Origin: a virus
Lineage: Duplodnaviria; Caudoviricetes
DNA: 24,718 bases
Direction: 5' to 3' (one strand)
IMG/VR virus record: IMGVR_UViG_3300036391_000003
Coordinates: 1-24,718 of that record
The translations under genes and the position numbers were made by a program. The notes under the pieces are model-generated. The model had not been told where the DNA came from. It saw nothing but the letters and a program-made list of their open reading frames with translations, and did not search any database. Below are positions 1 through 9,452 of the stretch, piece after piece (position 1 is the first letter of the stretch; every line of letters starts with the position of its first letter).

Positions 1-93
1 CACTCCGCCGAGGCCAGGGCCCGCCTCCAGTGGCGCGGCATCGGCGACGCGGATGGGCAATTGGCCCTGAACGACGGCGAAGGTCCGGCTCAT
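1..93 (-). CDS. 5' part of next baseplate gene (position of Mu gp48-like), runs off window
   Basis: ATG at 93 overlaps the baseplate J stop (ATGA); frame is open to the edge (MSRTFAVVQGQLPIRVADAAPLEAGPGLGGV); identity from synteny only. Confidence 0.45.
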   Translation of the reverse strand, partial: MSRTFAVVQGQLPIRVADAAPLEAGPGLGGV

Positions 94-1160
94 GTGACGG
101 TCAATCCGCCGAAGACCGGGAATTCGCCTTGCGCCAGCGCCGTATCGGTATCGGGGTCCGGCAGCACCATGCGATGGCGGGATTCGCCGAGTGCCCGCGA
201 CGCGGCCTCTGAGAGCCAGGCCGTCGGGAACGTCTCCGACCCGGCCGAGACGAAGGCGCGCTCGTCGAACATGTCGAGCATCTCGGCCGTGATCTCGGCC
301 CGGGTCGCGGCACTGTCGCTCTCGAGCTGCGCAATCGTGACGGGGATCGATTTCTCGATCGCCTGGACGACGACGACGGTCGCCGTCAGAGGCCGGCGCG
401 TCTCGATATACTCGGCGCAGCGCAGCACGTCCGCCGGCGAGGGAATGCGATCGGCGCCGGATCCCTCGAGCAACGGATAGACGGTCACCGTTCCGATCTG
501 CGGCGTGGCCGCAAAGACCTCTGCCGTGGCGAAGCCGGCGACCTCGCCGACCCAGACCATGTAATCGGCCTTGGCGCCGCCCCGCGGCTTGTTGCGCTTG
601 CGGAAGATCAGGCGCTTGCGATAGGCGGCGTCGAGTTCCTTCTCGACGCCGCCGGAGAGGCCAAGCGACCCGATCTCGCCGTCCTGCGTGACGCCGCCCA
701 GCGCTTCGCGCAGGCGCACCGAGGCGGCGGCCGGCAGATTGCCACGCTGGCCCGTCTCCGTTGCATCAACCGTCACGGTGACGCTGTTGCCGACGGCCGT
801 GGCCGCCGACCGAACGGTAAAGGCAATACCGCCGGCGTCGATCACCGAGCCGGCCGGAACGATCGCGCCGTCGGCCGCGGCGAAGACGACCTCGCCAGTC
901 GCCGCCGTTGCCGGCTTGCGGCCGAGGCCGATCTCGTAGCCATGCAGATCGAGCATGTCGTCTTCGGCGGTGGTGACGAAGATCTGCTTGTAGATCCACT
1001 CGGCCCGCAGGTTGCCCTGCGAGGCCGCCATCGCCATGACCTTGACGAAGACGGTCCAGTTGTTCGGCCAGATGTCAGCGCGCGCGCCCGACAGGGCCGT
1101 GGCGACGACGCCGCGCAGCCAGCGCGACGTCGCATCGAGCGTCGGAATGGTCAGGGCCAT
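90..1160 (-). CDS. Baseplate J / Mu gp47 family wedge protein
   Basis: Motifs QIFVTTAEDDMLDLHG, RKPATAATGEV, GQRGN, GGVEKELDAAYRKRL, GGAKADYMVW; start taken at ATG 1160 (MALTIPTL), just after the gp46-like gene. Confidence 0.92.
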   Translation of the reverse strand: MALTIPTLDATSRWLRGVVATALSGARADIWPNNWTVFVKVMAMAASQGNLRAEWIYKQIFVTTAEDDMLDLHGYEIGLGRKPATAATGEVVFAAADGAIVPAGSVIDAGGIAFTVRSAATAVGNSVTVTVDATETGQRGNLPAAASVRLREALGGVTQDGEIGSLGLSGGVEKELDAAYRKRLIFRKRNKPRGGAKADYMVWVGEVAGFATAEVFAATPQIGTVTVYPLLEGSGADRIPSPADVLRCAEYIETRRPLTATVVVVQAIEKSIPVTIAQLESDSAATRAEITAEMLDMFDERAFVSAGSETFPTAWLSEAASRALGESRHRMVLPDPDTDTALAQGEFPVFGGLTVT

Positions 1161-1185
1161 GTCTGATTCAAGCTTTCGAAGGCGA

Positions 1186-1728
1186 TCAGGCGCTGAGGCC
1201 CGGGGTTGCAGCACCAAGGGCTTCCCAGAGCCCGGCGAAGGGCCCGGAATAGAGGATCGTGCCGTCGGGCCGGGCAATCGAGATGGTCCGGCGGATCCGG
1301 CTCTCGGCAGGATCGGGCGCGGCCTCGACCGTCACGTCGCCGATGACGCCCTGGTCCTGCAACGGTTTCAGGGCGACCTGGGCGGCCTCGACGACACGGC
1401 GGGCGTTCTCGTCATCCGTCGGATGACGGAAGGACACCCAGGTCGTCGAGCCGAGCGGCGCCTCGCCCCGCGCGACATCGATGTCGAAGCCGTCGCCGGG
1501 CCACCCACGAAGGTCATAGGCGGCCGGATCGAGCGGATCATGGGGCCCACGCGCATCGGTTTCGAGCGACAGGACCAATCCGGTCAGCAGCGGATTGCGG
1601 GCAACAAGCCCGGCCGGGTTGCCGGGCTCGGACAGAGGCGCCACGGCCATGTCGCCATAGGCGCCATCCCAGAGGATATCGGGGCCGGCGCCCTGCGGCA
1701 CCAGCGCATCGACCAGAAGTCGCGTCAT
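1186..1728 (-). CDS. Mu gp46-like baseplate wedge protein
   Basis: LLTGLVLSLETDAR...DLRGWPGD...LGSTTW...ALKPLQDQG resembles the gp46 pattern (SLFTD..RGWWGD..GSRLW); lies between spike and J. Confidence 0.82.
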   Translation of the reverse strand: MTRLLVDALVPQGAGPDILWDGAYGDMAVAPLSEPGNPAGLVARNPLLTGLVLSLETDARGPHDPLDPAAYDLRGWPGDGFDIDVARGEAPLGSTTWVSFRHPTDDENARRVVEAAQVALKPLQDQGVIGDVTVEAAPDPAESRIRRTISIARPDGTILYSGPFAGLWEALGAATPGLSA

Positions 1729-2208
1729 TCAGGAAACCCTCGCATAGACGAAAGGGGAGGCGCCGGCCTCGGTCATGACCTTGGCGAAGACGCCGCCATC
1801 TTCCGGATCACCGCCGAGATAGACCTTGCCTCCGGCGGCCTTCGGCTTCAGCACCTGGTCGCCATTTTCCTTCATGGACAGGGACTGGCCGCCGCCGCCT
1901 TCCATGGTGAGGCCTCCTCCGGGCTTGAGGTTCAACTTCTGACCGTCAGGGCCGTAGAGGATCTTCGTTCCCGTCGGCTGGCCGCTGGGCCGCTTGCCGG
2001 CCGTTTCGAGGCCTTGAACGATGCCGCGCTCGCGCGAGCCATCGAACAGGGCGTAACCCAAGGCGCCGGACTCGGGCACGCTGGTCAGGCCGTCGCTCTG
2101 CGGGCGATAGAGGTTTTCGAGGATCGCGCCGCCATCGCCACGGCCGGTGACCTTCTGGAACTCGCCGGAATCGTCGACACTGATGACGCGAAAGCGGATC
2201 AGGCTCAC
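1729..2208 (-). CDS. Mu gp45-like baseplate spike/assembly protein
   Basis: VDDSGEFQKV...PQSDGLTSVP...GTKILYGPDG; GTG start at 2208 overlaps the upstream TGA, with GAGGAG upstream. Confidence 0.82.
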   Translation of the reverse strand: MSLIRFRVISVDDSGEFQKVTGRGDGGAILENLYRPQSDGLTSVPESGALGYALFDGSRERGIVQGLETAGKRPSGQPTGTKILYGPDGQKLNLKPGGGLTMEGGGGQSLSMKENGDQVLKPKAAGGKVYLGGDPEDGGVFAKVMTEAGASPFVYARVS

Positions 2209-3305
2209 GACAGCTCCTCGTATTTCGCCTTCTTGGTCGAAACTTTCCAGGCGTCGCCCGACTTGCCCTTGGCATCCTTGCCGCCGAGGCTGCGCGGATC
2301 GACCATGGTCAGGCGGGCGATCTGGTGATCCTTCGACCACGAGAGCTGGCCGCTCTTGATCGCCATGTCCTGCTCGAGTTCGAAATCGGCCGCGACGACA
2401 TGCCGGACGAAGGCCGCGCTCCACAGCCGGCCGTCGGGATCACGCCACTGCGGCGTCGCCAGGACGATCTGGGTGCCGTTTCCGGCATCGCCACCGGCGG
2501 CGCGCTGGTTGTCCCATTCGGTGCGCTGCTTCAGGTCGGCATCGTCGCCATCATGCTCGAGCCGGCGGATGTCGATGCGCAACCGGCGGATCGACTCGTT
2601 CTCGACAACGGCATAACCGTCCGTCTCATCCTTGCCTTTGCCTCCCTTGTAGCGCTGGCCGTAATAATGGGTCTGCGAGAACTGGCCGATCTCGCTGTCC
2701 TCGAACTGCAGCGTGGTGGCGTTGGCGTCGTCGCGATCGTCGCCTACGATGAACGCGCCGGGATGGCGGCCGCGCACGCCCTTGTAGAGCGCGACGCCAC
2801 CATCTGGCGTGCCGGTCATCAGCAGGCCGGCCTTGCGGGCGCGCTCCTCGATCACCGCGAAGGCCCGATCGCCCGGCGCCCAGGCGATATCCATCGAGCG
2901 GCTGTCGGCCTCGACCTTGACCTTGAGACCGTAGGGCTTGAACAGCGTATCGGCGGCTTCGCCGAGCTTCTTGCCCTTCAGGCGATAGCCGTGCTTGCGC
3001 CCATCGGCCGCGCATTCGACAGCGTCGCAGATCTTGCTTTCGATCTGCAGGAAGCGCCGCAGCGCCGGCTTGGCCTCGTCGCCATAGCTGCGCCGAACCC
3101 GGCCGGTGACGATGGTCTCGGCGCCGCCGCCGGGGAGGAGCGCCTTCAGCACCGCCTCGGAACCCTTCTTCGTCAGAGCACCCTTGCGCTCGTGCACGCC
3201 GGCGATGACCTTCAGCAGCGCGCCCTTGCCGTCGAAGCTGTATTCGATCGAGAGCAGGCCCGGATGCGGCTGCCCGTCGATCTCCAGAACCAGAGCCTCG
3301 CTCAT
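2205..3305 (-). CDS. Mu gp44/gpP-like baseplate hub protein
   Basis: Start MSEALVLEIDG (ATGA overlap); VTGRVRR, DAVECAA, PGDRAFAVIEERARKAGLL, QWRDPDGRLW; synteny. Confidence 0.82.
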   Translation of the reverse strand: MSEALVLEIDGQPHPGLLSIEYSFDGKGALLKVIAGVHERKGALTKKGSEAVLKALLPGGGAETIVTGRVRRSYGDEAKPALRRFLQIESKICDAVECAADGRKHGYRLKGKKLGEAADTLFKPYGLKVKVEADSRSMDIAWAPGDRAFAVIEERARKAGLLMTGTPDGGVALYKGVRGRHPGAFIVGDDRDDANATTLQFEDSEIGQFSQTHYYGQRYKGGKGKDETDGYAVVENESIRRLRIDIRRLEHDGDDADLKQRTEWDNQRAAGGDAGNGTQIVLATPQWRDPDGRLWSAAFVRHVVAADFELEQDMAIKSGQLSWSKDHQIARLTMVDPRSLGGKDAKGKSGDAWKVSTKKAKYEELS

Positions 3306-3751
3306 CGCGCCGCCTCGCCCGGGAGGGCTGCGAGGATCTCGACCGGCATGAATTCTGGACAGCGCGCATTGTTGAGCCGGACCAGCTCGGCGGCGCGCGT
3401 CGTATCCCCATAAAGCTGCCAGGCCAGCAGGCAGGCCGGCTGGCTCTCGCCGGTGACGACACGCGCCAGCGGCTTCAGCGTCAGGATCTCCGCGTCGATT
3501 GCCGCCAGCGCCCTGCCATAGGCGCCGACCACGACGGTCAGCAGATCGGTCTCGGTCGCGGCCCGGTCGAGCAGCGGCTCCATCACCGCGACGAGGCGGG
3601 CGCGCGCCTGCTCGGCCTGCTGCCGCGTGGCGAAATCGAGCCGCAAGCAGCCGCGCGCGAAGGCGAGCGCCGCCAGCAGACACGCGAAGACGGCGGCAGC
3701 CTCGCGGCCGCGCGCCTCGACGATGCGCGAAGTCGAACGGGGCGTCGTCAT
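3302..3751 (-). CDS. C-terminal half of Mu gpN-like DNA circularization protein (LysM-like end)
   Basis: PACLLAWQLYGDTTRAAELVRLNNARCPEFMP resembles the typical C-terminus of gpN-like proteins. Confidence 0.72.
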   Translation of the reverse strand: MTTPRSTSRIVEARGREAAAVFACLLAALAFARGCLRLDFATRQQAEQARARLVAVMEPLLDRAATETDLLTVVVGAYGRALAAIDAEILTLKPLARVVTGESQPACLLAWQLYGDTTRAAELVRLNNARCPEFMPVEILAALPGEAAR

Positions 3752-4455
3752 GCGGCGGCCCGCTCTTCCAGCGCTGTCAGTCCGGCGTCACCGGCGACGG
3801 ACAGGGCCTCGACGATATCAGCATGACCGATCCAGCCCCGGGCGATCTGGACGGCCTCGACGACCTCGGTCTCGGCGGTGATGGCGAGAGCATCGATCTT
3901 CAAACCGGCAAGCCGTGCAGCGCCCTCCCGGGCGAAGGCGGTCGCCTCATAGATGCCGACGCCGCGAAGATCGGCTGCGATGCTGTCGAGCCGAATGCCG
4001 GCGGCGTCGGCGAAGCCGGCAACCGCACCGAGCGCATCGACGATCAGCCGCTCGGCCAGGCCGAGGCTGAGGCCGATGCCGGCAGCAGGGCCATCCTCGA
4101 CGAAGTCGATCCGGAAACTGAAATAGCCGAGCTTGTCGCCTTCCCAGCTGCTTTCCGGTGCCCGCGCCCAGGCCATGACCGGCCGGCGCTGCGGCAGGAT
4201 CAGTAGGCCAGGTCCTGGCGTCTCGAGGGCAAGCTCGAGGGCCCGCATACGGGCCTCGACAATCATCTCGTCGGCGACATAGGCATCGACCTTGTACGTC
4301 ACCGCCTTGCGGCCGAGATCGACGATGCTCCAGCGATCGGAGGCCGGATACTCGTCGATCTGCAGCGCGCGCGGAAACGGCCTGGAATCGCGCCGGGCGA
4401 AGAAGGGCACGCCACGAAACGAGGCCGGGCGCAGGAAACCGCCGGGAGAGGCCAT
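3748..4455 (-). CDS. DNA circularization protein, N-terminal domain (Mu gpN-like)
   Basis: LRPASFRGVPF...EYP...DLGRK...ALETPGPGLLILP...FRIDFVE signature; directly after tape measure. Confidence 0.9.
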   Translation of the reverse strand: MASPGGFLRPASFRGVPFFARRDSRPFPRALQIDEYPASDRWSIVDLGRKAVTYKVDAYVADEMIVEARMRALELALETPGPGLLILPQRRPVMAWARAPESSWEGDKLGYFSFRIDFVEDGPAAGIGLSLGLAERLIVDALGAVAGFADAAGIRLDSIAADLRGVGIYEATAFAREGAARLAGLKIDALAITAETEVVEAVQIARGWIGHADIVEALSVAGDAGLTALEERAAA

Positions 4456-6680
4456 CAGTGCGCTCCCCCGCCACCACCGCCACCGCCGCTGGTTTCCTTG
4501 CCGGGCAGCGAGATACCGCGCGTGTCGCTGCTGCGCGACGACTGCGAGGTCACGCGTGCATCGACCTTTGCCCAGAAGTCCGGCGTCGGCACGACCTCGA
4601 CCTTCACCGAGGAGGTGACGTCGACATCGGCCTTCGCCGTGATCTGGTCGGGCTTGACCTCGGCCTTGATCTGGTCACCGAGGGCGCCTTTCAAAGCATT
4701 CGCCCAACCGTCGACATTGGTCCGATCCGTTGACCCATCCGTCAGCCGGCCGGCGAGCGCCGTCGCGGCGGCGTCGAGCTTCTGGAACATCGCATCGACA
4801 ATCCCTGCCTCGGGAGCCTTGCCGCCGCTGGTCTGGGACAGAAGCGCGTAGATTGCTTCCTGCAGTTCCAGGCGGTGCGTGCCGCCGCCCATGGTCGAGC
4901 CGCTAACAGCGGTCGTGCCAGTCTTGCCGGCGACGGCCTCGCGGTTCTTCTCCTGGACGAGCTTCATGAACGACGCCTGCAGCGTCACCCCCGCCTCTCC
5001 ACGCCCAGCCAGGAGGTCGCCGGCAGTGAGAGCGTCACTCTCCTGGCGAACACGCTTCCTGGCGCGCGACAGAGCGTCGACATCGCGATAGGCATCGTGA
5101 CCGCGCGGGTTTAGCCGCTCTTCCTCGGCCTGCTTGCGCTCATCCGCCAGAAAACGGGCCCGGGCCGCATCCCGTTCGCGACGCTCGGACGTCGCCTGCT
5201 CGGCCAGCATGCGCTGGCGATCGGCATGCGCATCATTCAGCAGGTTGACATGAGGTCTCGGCGCCGGCCGGCTGCGACGCGCGCCAGCCCAGCCGCCATC
5301 GCGCATGCCGTAGATCTCCGAGCTCGGGTCATCCAACAGCTTCTGGCGCCTTTCGGCCCGGCGCGCGTCATCGATCCTTTGTTCCGCGCGCGTCCTGGGC
5401 CTGTCGTTACCAAAGCGGGCGAGGCGCTGTTCTTCCGTCTCGCCGGGAAGGAGCGCGCCGTTCACCGCGTCCATCGCCGAGGTCGCCGCATCGGCCACCC
5501 CCTTGAAGGCCGGCGACAGGCGCCGGCCGAGGGAATCGGCCAGGCGATCGGCCGCATTCTTGAACCGGTCGAAAGTCGCCTGGCTGTTGGACGTCACGCG
5601 CGCGAGATCCTGCGCCACCGTTCCCGCCGAGCTGGTCTGCATCGTCTGCGAGAGCTTCTGCCACTCGCCACGAAACTGCATCAGGGCGACGGCACCGCGC
5701 TTGAACTCCTGGTCGTCGATGATCTCGCCGATCTTCGACGCGTCGCCCTTGGTTGCCTTCTGCAACAGCTCCTCGAAGACCTCGACGAGATTGCGGCCTT
5801 CCTTGCGGGCCTTCTTGAACGCCTCTTCGGAATCGACGCCGAGCTTCTTGAATTCCTTCGCGGTCTTGTCGCTCTCCATCTTGTTGAGGATGTTGCTCAT
5901 CGAGCCCACCGCCTCTTCCGAGGTGCCGGCGCCCTTGCGCATGACCTGCAGCATGGCGACGAGATCGGCGAGACCCTTCTCGCCCTTGAAGCCAAGCGCC
6001 GCCGTCGCCGGGCCCAGGCTCGGCAGATAGCGAGCCATGTCCTTCAGCTCGAACTTACCGGCCTTGCCGCCCGCCGCCATGATGTCGAAGGCGTTTTGCA
6101 TCTTGTCGCCCGAGATCTTGAACGACTCGCCGACGGCATCGGCGGTCTTGGCGATGTCGGCGACCTCGGCGCCACTGGCCTGCGCCGTCTGGGCCACCGC
6201 GGGCAGGAATGCCATCGCCTCGGGCAGGGAGCGACCGGAGGCGACGAGCGCGTCGAGGCCATCGCGCACCTTGTCGATCGGCAGCGCGGTCTCCCGCGCG
6301 AGCTGCTGCAGCTGCGTCCACGATGCCGCCTGGGATTCTGCCGAGGCATCGGCCGTCACGGCAATGCGCGTCATGGCGCGCTCGTTCTGGTAGAACTCCT
6401 TGTTCGCGCCATTCACCATCCGGGCGGCGCCATAGGCGCCGAAGAGCCCGACGAGCGGCCCGGTCGCCCGCAGCGCCGCGGCGCCCATGCGCTGGGTCAG
6501 AACCGCCGTGCGGCTAGCATGCTGCTCGACCACTTGCTGACGTCGGGCGCCGGCGCCGTTGGCATCGAGCCGGCTGGCGGCGCGATCAAGCTTGTCGAAA
6601 TTGCGCGCGACCATGGCCAGCACGGCGGAGGCACGGTCCTCAGCCGTGAGGACGGCCCGGGCTTCGTTGACGATCGCCAT
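4455..6680 (-). CDS. Phage tail tape measure protein
   Basis: 741 aa, Ala-rich and helical; AFDIMAAGGKAGKFELKDMARYLP core; follows the chaperone gene. Confidence 0.93.
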   Translation of the reverse strand: MAIVNEARAVLTAEDRASAVLAMVARNFDKLDRAASRLDANGAGARRQQVVEQHASRTAVLTQRMGAAALRATGPLVGLFGAYGAARMVNGANKEFYQNERAMTRIAVTADASAESQAASWTQLQQLARETALPIDKVRDGLDALVASGRSLPEAMAFLPAVAQTAQASGAEVADIAKTADAVGESFKISGDKMQNAFDIMAAGGKAGKFELKDMARYLPSLGPATAALGFKGEKGLADLVAMLQVMRKGAGTSEEAVGSMSNILNKMESDKTAKEFKKLGVDSEEAFKKARKEGRNLVEVFEELLQKATKGDASKIGEIIDDQEFKRGAVALMQFRGEWQKLSQTMQTSSAGTVAQDLARVTSNSQATFDRFKNAADRLADSLGRRLSPAFKGVADAATSAMDAVNGALLPGETEEQRLARFGNDRPRTRAEQRIDDARRAERRQKLLDDPSSEIYGMRDGGWAGARRSRPAPRPHVNLLNDAHADRQRMLAEQATSERRERDAARARFLADERKQAEEERLNPRGHDAYRDVDALSRARKRVRQESDALTAGDLLAGRGEAGVTLQASFMKLVQEKNREAVAGKTGTTAVSGSTMGGGTHRLELQEAIYALLSQTSGGKAPEAGIVDAMFQKLDAAATALAGRLTDGSTDRTNVDGWANALKGALGDQIKAEVKPDQITAKADVDVTSSVKVEVVPTPDFWAKVDARVTSQSSRSSDTRGISLPGKETSGGGGGGGGAH

Positions 6681-6683
6681 CGT

Positions 6684-6848
6684 TCAGGCTCCCAGCATCT
6701 GGGCCAGCCGCCAGGCGTGCCAGCGTTCATGCAGTCGAATCAGCTCGGCCACGCTCAGTCGATCCGGGTCTGCGCGGAGGCCGGCTCCGAAGCGGAGATC
6801 GTCTGAGGCTCGCTCCTGGGCGTCGCGGCCGCCGCCGTGTTGAAAAAA
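6684..6848 (-). CDS. -1 frameshift extension of tail assembly chaperone (gpGT / P2 E+E'-like)
   Basis: Slippery T TTT TTC at 6848-6842; the -1 frame is open for 53 codons (FQHGGGRDAQERASDDLRFGAGLRADPDRLSVAELIRLHERWHAWRLAQMLGA) to TGA at 6686-6684, 3 nt before the tape measure ATG. Confidence 0.8.
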   Translation of the reverse strand, partial: FFQHGGGRDAQERASDDLRFGAGLRADPDRLSVAELIRLHERWHAWRLAQMLGA

Positions 6849-7123
6849 CCGAGCAGCACTACCTTGGCGCGCTCGGCTTCGGCCGGCGAGAGCTGGTCGA
6901 TCAGCCCGCTGTCGACCTCGTCGGTGACGAGCGCCTTCAGCCAGGCCTCGACCGCCGCCCAGTCGACGGCGTAGCTGCTCGACCTGTCCGGAAAGGTTCG
7001 GATCAGTTCAATTTCGGGCAGCGTCCGCATGATCCGCAGCGTCGGCTCGCGAAACTCGATCGATCCGACCATGCGCTTGGCCGGCCATTCCCGCTCCTTG
7101 TCGAGTGTGAGCTTCCAGCTCAT
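6755..7123 (-). CDS. Tail assembly chaperone (Mu gp41 / P2 gpE-like)
   Basis: IEFREPT...IDQLSPAE...LLGFF; lies between tube and tape measure; contains slippery site. Confidence 0.85.
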   Translation of the reverse strand: MSWKLTLDKEREWPAKRMVGSIEFREPTLRIMRTLPEIELIRTFPDRSSSYAVDWAAVEAWLKALVTDEVDSGLIDQLSPAEAERAKVVLLGFFNTAAAATPRSEPQTISASEPASAQTRID

Positions 7124-7512
7124 CAGACCGGCCTCTTGCGGTAGTTCAGCTTGGTGCAGTGGATCTCGAGGCCGCTGGTCTTGCCGTCCTTGAACGAATC
7201 CTGCGCCTCGCCGGTGAAGCCCGCCTGCGTCATGTAATGGACCCAGCCGGCGTGCTGCTCTTCCCAGGTCATGTCGAAGCGCGCCTGCAGCAGTGCATCC
7301 CAGTCGATCTCGCCGCGATCGAAATCGGCGGCGGCGACGACGGCCGTGGGCTCGAAGGAGCGGTTCAGGCTCTGGTGATCGACCGAGACCTCGGAGCCGA
7401 TCTTGTAGCCCGAGGCCTTGAGCTTGATTTCACCCATCGCCTGCAGCGTTTTGCCCGCGAGAGGGCCGGAACGCACGGTGATGATGACGACGCCATAGTC
7501 CTTGCCGGCCAT
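7123..7512 (-). CDS. Tail tube protein
   Basis: 129 aa immediately after sheath, GGGAG RBS; size matches a Mu-type tube; mainly synteny. Confidence 0.75.
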   Translation of the reverse strand: MAGKDYGVVIITVRSGPLAGKTLQAMGEIKLKASGYKIGSEVSVDHQSLNRSFEPTAVVAAADFDRGEIDWDALLQARFDMTWEEQHAGWVHYMTQAGFTGEAQDSFKDGKTSGLEIHCTKLNYRKRPV

Positions 7513-7593
7513 GGTGTGGAACTCCCGATGTCAGAGGGTTGCGCGGCTTCCGGTCGTCCGGGGCCGAAGTCGGAGGGCGTCAGTGCGCTGCCG

Positions 7594-9108
7594 TCAGGCT
7601 TGGGCGCCAGGAGCGAGCTCGCCGACGATGCTCTTGCTGGCGATGATGTAGAGCGGGTTCGCCCGGAAGATCTTGTGCTCCTGGTTGAGGCGCACCGGAT
7701 TGCCGGAAAGCTCGACCTTCAGAGCCTGCTCATAGGAGGCGACGTCCTGGACGATCTTGCCGCGCCGATTGATCTCGGTATAGGCGGCGACGAAGGTCTT
7801 GAAGGCATCCTTCGGCCGGGTCTGACCGTCGGCGAAGTCTTCCTGATCACCGACCAGGCTGTCGTTCTGATGCGCGTTCCAGACGTAATGGCGCATGTAC
7901 TGCACCACCCAGGCGTCGATGCAGGGCCCGTTGATGTCGAGATAGGAGATATCCTCGAGGCCGGTGGCGGCGCGGCGCTGGAAGGTGGTGATGACGCGCT
8001 CCATCTGGACCGCGCCTTCGGCCGGTACCAGCGGCGAGATGCCGTCGAAATAGAGCAGGTTGCGCTGCTCGTTCGAGAAGACGTCATCCTCCTCATAAGG
8101 CCCGGTCAGATGGTTCATCGTCCGCCCGGTCAGGCCCCGGGCGAAGATCTGGACCTCGGTGATCGAGCGGCCGAAGTCGAAGACATGAGCCAGCTCGGCA
8201 CCGAAGCAGGCGGCGATGATCGGTTCGGGCTCGGAAGAATTGCGCAGGCCGCCGAGCACGCGCTTGCGGTCGTTCATCGCATCGCCGAGCGAGGCAAGAC
8301 TGCCCTGCGACCCGACGACGCCGGCGACGGCCCAGCCATAGCGCATGGCGAAGGGGCCCCACTGGGTTTCGAGCCAGGCATCGAGCGCGGCCAGCGAGGT
8401 CGCGTCGCGATAGGCCGAGATCGCCCAGGCGTAATAGCCGGTGCCGACGCCGGCGAGAGCCGCCGCGAGATCGGGGGCGCCAGAGCCGGCCGTGAAGACG
8501 TTGGTGATGTGGGCGCCGAGCGGCGAGACCTCGCCCCGGCTCTTGAAGGAGAGCCAGGCCGTCGCATTCAGCATCGTGCCGCCGTTACGGGCCGTCACCG
8601 TCACCACGCCCAGGGCCGATGTCGCCGAGACCATGTCGACCAGCGATTTGGAATCGCCGGCGAGCGTGACCCGGGTGTTGATCGCTGCCGCGATCTTGGT
8701 TGCGATGGTGGTGGCGGTGTCGCCGGCGACGACGGTGATCTGGCGGCGGCGCGCATTGCCCAGGACCCAGAACGGCCACGTCCCGACCGGCGGCACGGTG
8801 TTCACGGTGTAGGCGTCCGCCGCCTTCGTCTGCGATTCAGGCATCGGCAGGACGCGATAGTCGAGGAAGGGCCGCGTCAGGCGGGCATAGTTCAGCATGG
8901 TGCCGAGCAGCGAGCCCGGCCCATAGGCCGCCTCGATGTCGTCCCGCGGGCGCTGCGACAGGCCGGTGGTCACGGTGGCGCCGGCGGCGACCGGGCCCAC
9001 GATCAGCACCTGCATCGACTGCGAGAAGGGCGAGGCGCCGAGCGCGTATTCGTTGCGGTAGCCCGGGAGCCGCAGCGAGCCCGGGATCTGGTCATGCGTG
9101 ATGGTCAT
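7594..9108 (-). CDS. Contractile tail sheath protein (Mu gpL-like)
   Basis: IPGSLRLPGYRNE, YGPGSLLG, VVTVTARNGG, GSGAPDLAAALA, EQRNLLYFDGIS, VQMERVITTFQ. Confidence 0.93.
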   Translation of the reverse strand: MTITHDQIPGSLRLPGYRNEYALGASPFSQSMQVLIVGPVAAGATVTTGLSQRPRDDIEAAYGPGSLLGTMLNYARLTRPFLDYRVLPMPESQTKAADAYTVNTVPPVGTWPFWVLGNARRRQITVVAGDTATTIATKIAAAINTRVTLAGDSKSLVDMVSATSALGVVTVTARNGGTMLNATAWLSFKSRGEVSPLGAHITNVFTAGSGAPDLAAALAGVGTGYYAWAISAYRDATSLAALDAWLETQWGPFAMRYGWAVAGVVGSQGSLASLGDAMNDRKRVLGGLRNSSEPEPIIAACFGAELAHVFDFGRSITEVQIFARGLTGRTMNHLTGPYEEDDVFSNEQRNLLYFDGISPLVPAEGAVQMERVITTFQRRAATGLEDISYLDINGPCIDAWVVQYMRHYVWNAHQNDSLVGDQEDFADGQTRPKDAFKTFVAAYTEINRRGKIVQDVASYEQALKVELSGNPVRLNQEHKIFRANPLYIIASKSIVGELAPGAQA

Positions 9109-9152
9109 GGATCAAGCCTCTGCGGTTGAGCGGGCGAGGGGGAGTGGAGTGA

Positions 9153-9452
9153 TCAGGGCTTAGGCTTGCCGCCGGGAGACGAGCCGCGAGAGGCATCGGC
9201 AGGCAGCGGAGCAGCATCGCCGGCGGCAGGAGACGGGGCGACGGTGGGCACCGCCTCGACGGCAATCTCGGTTTCGGGCTCGTGGGCTTTCAGCTCGACG
9301 TCGCCATCGCGCTCCAGGCGAAGCCAATAGGCGGAGCGCGCCACACCGCGCAGGACGTGCTTCTCTGGCAGGATGGCGCCGTCCTGGTCGCGAACACGGC
9401 GACCGGGCTTCGGCCAGACATCGACAAGGGCGGGGATCAGCGTATCGGTCAT
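9153..9452 (-). CDS. Mu gp38-like small protein (DUF2635-like)
   Basis: VWPKPGRRVRD...LP...SAYWLRLERDGDV; directly upstream of sheath. Confidence 0.8.
   Translation of the reverse strand: MTDTLIPALVDVWPKPGRRVRDQDGAILPEKHVLRGVARSAYWLRLERDGDVELKAHEPETEIAVEAVPTVAPSPAAGDAAPLPADASRGSSPGGKPKP

Noticed and set aside
4462-4490. Gly7 run at the tape measure C-terminus as a possible variable repeat
   Set aside because: Mixed Gly codons, so ordinary low-complexity coding sequence
90-9108. Tailocin, eCIS, T6SS or gene transfer agent interpretation
   Set aside because: The tail genes are contiguous with capsid, portal, terminase, cos and replication genes, which fits a prophage
7159-9129. 656-aa plus-strand ORF, and similarly 1012-2328, 2325-3413 and 5226-6806
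   Set aside because: Antisense shadows of well-supported tail genes
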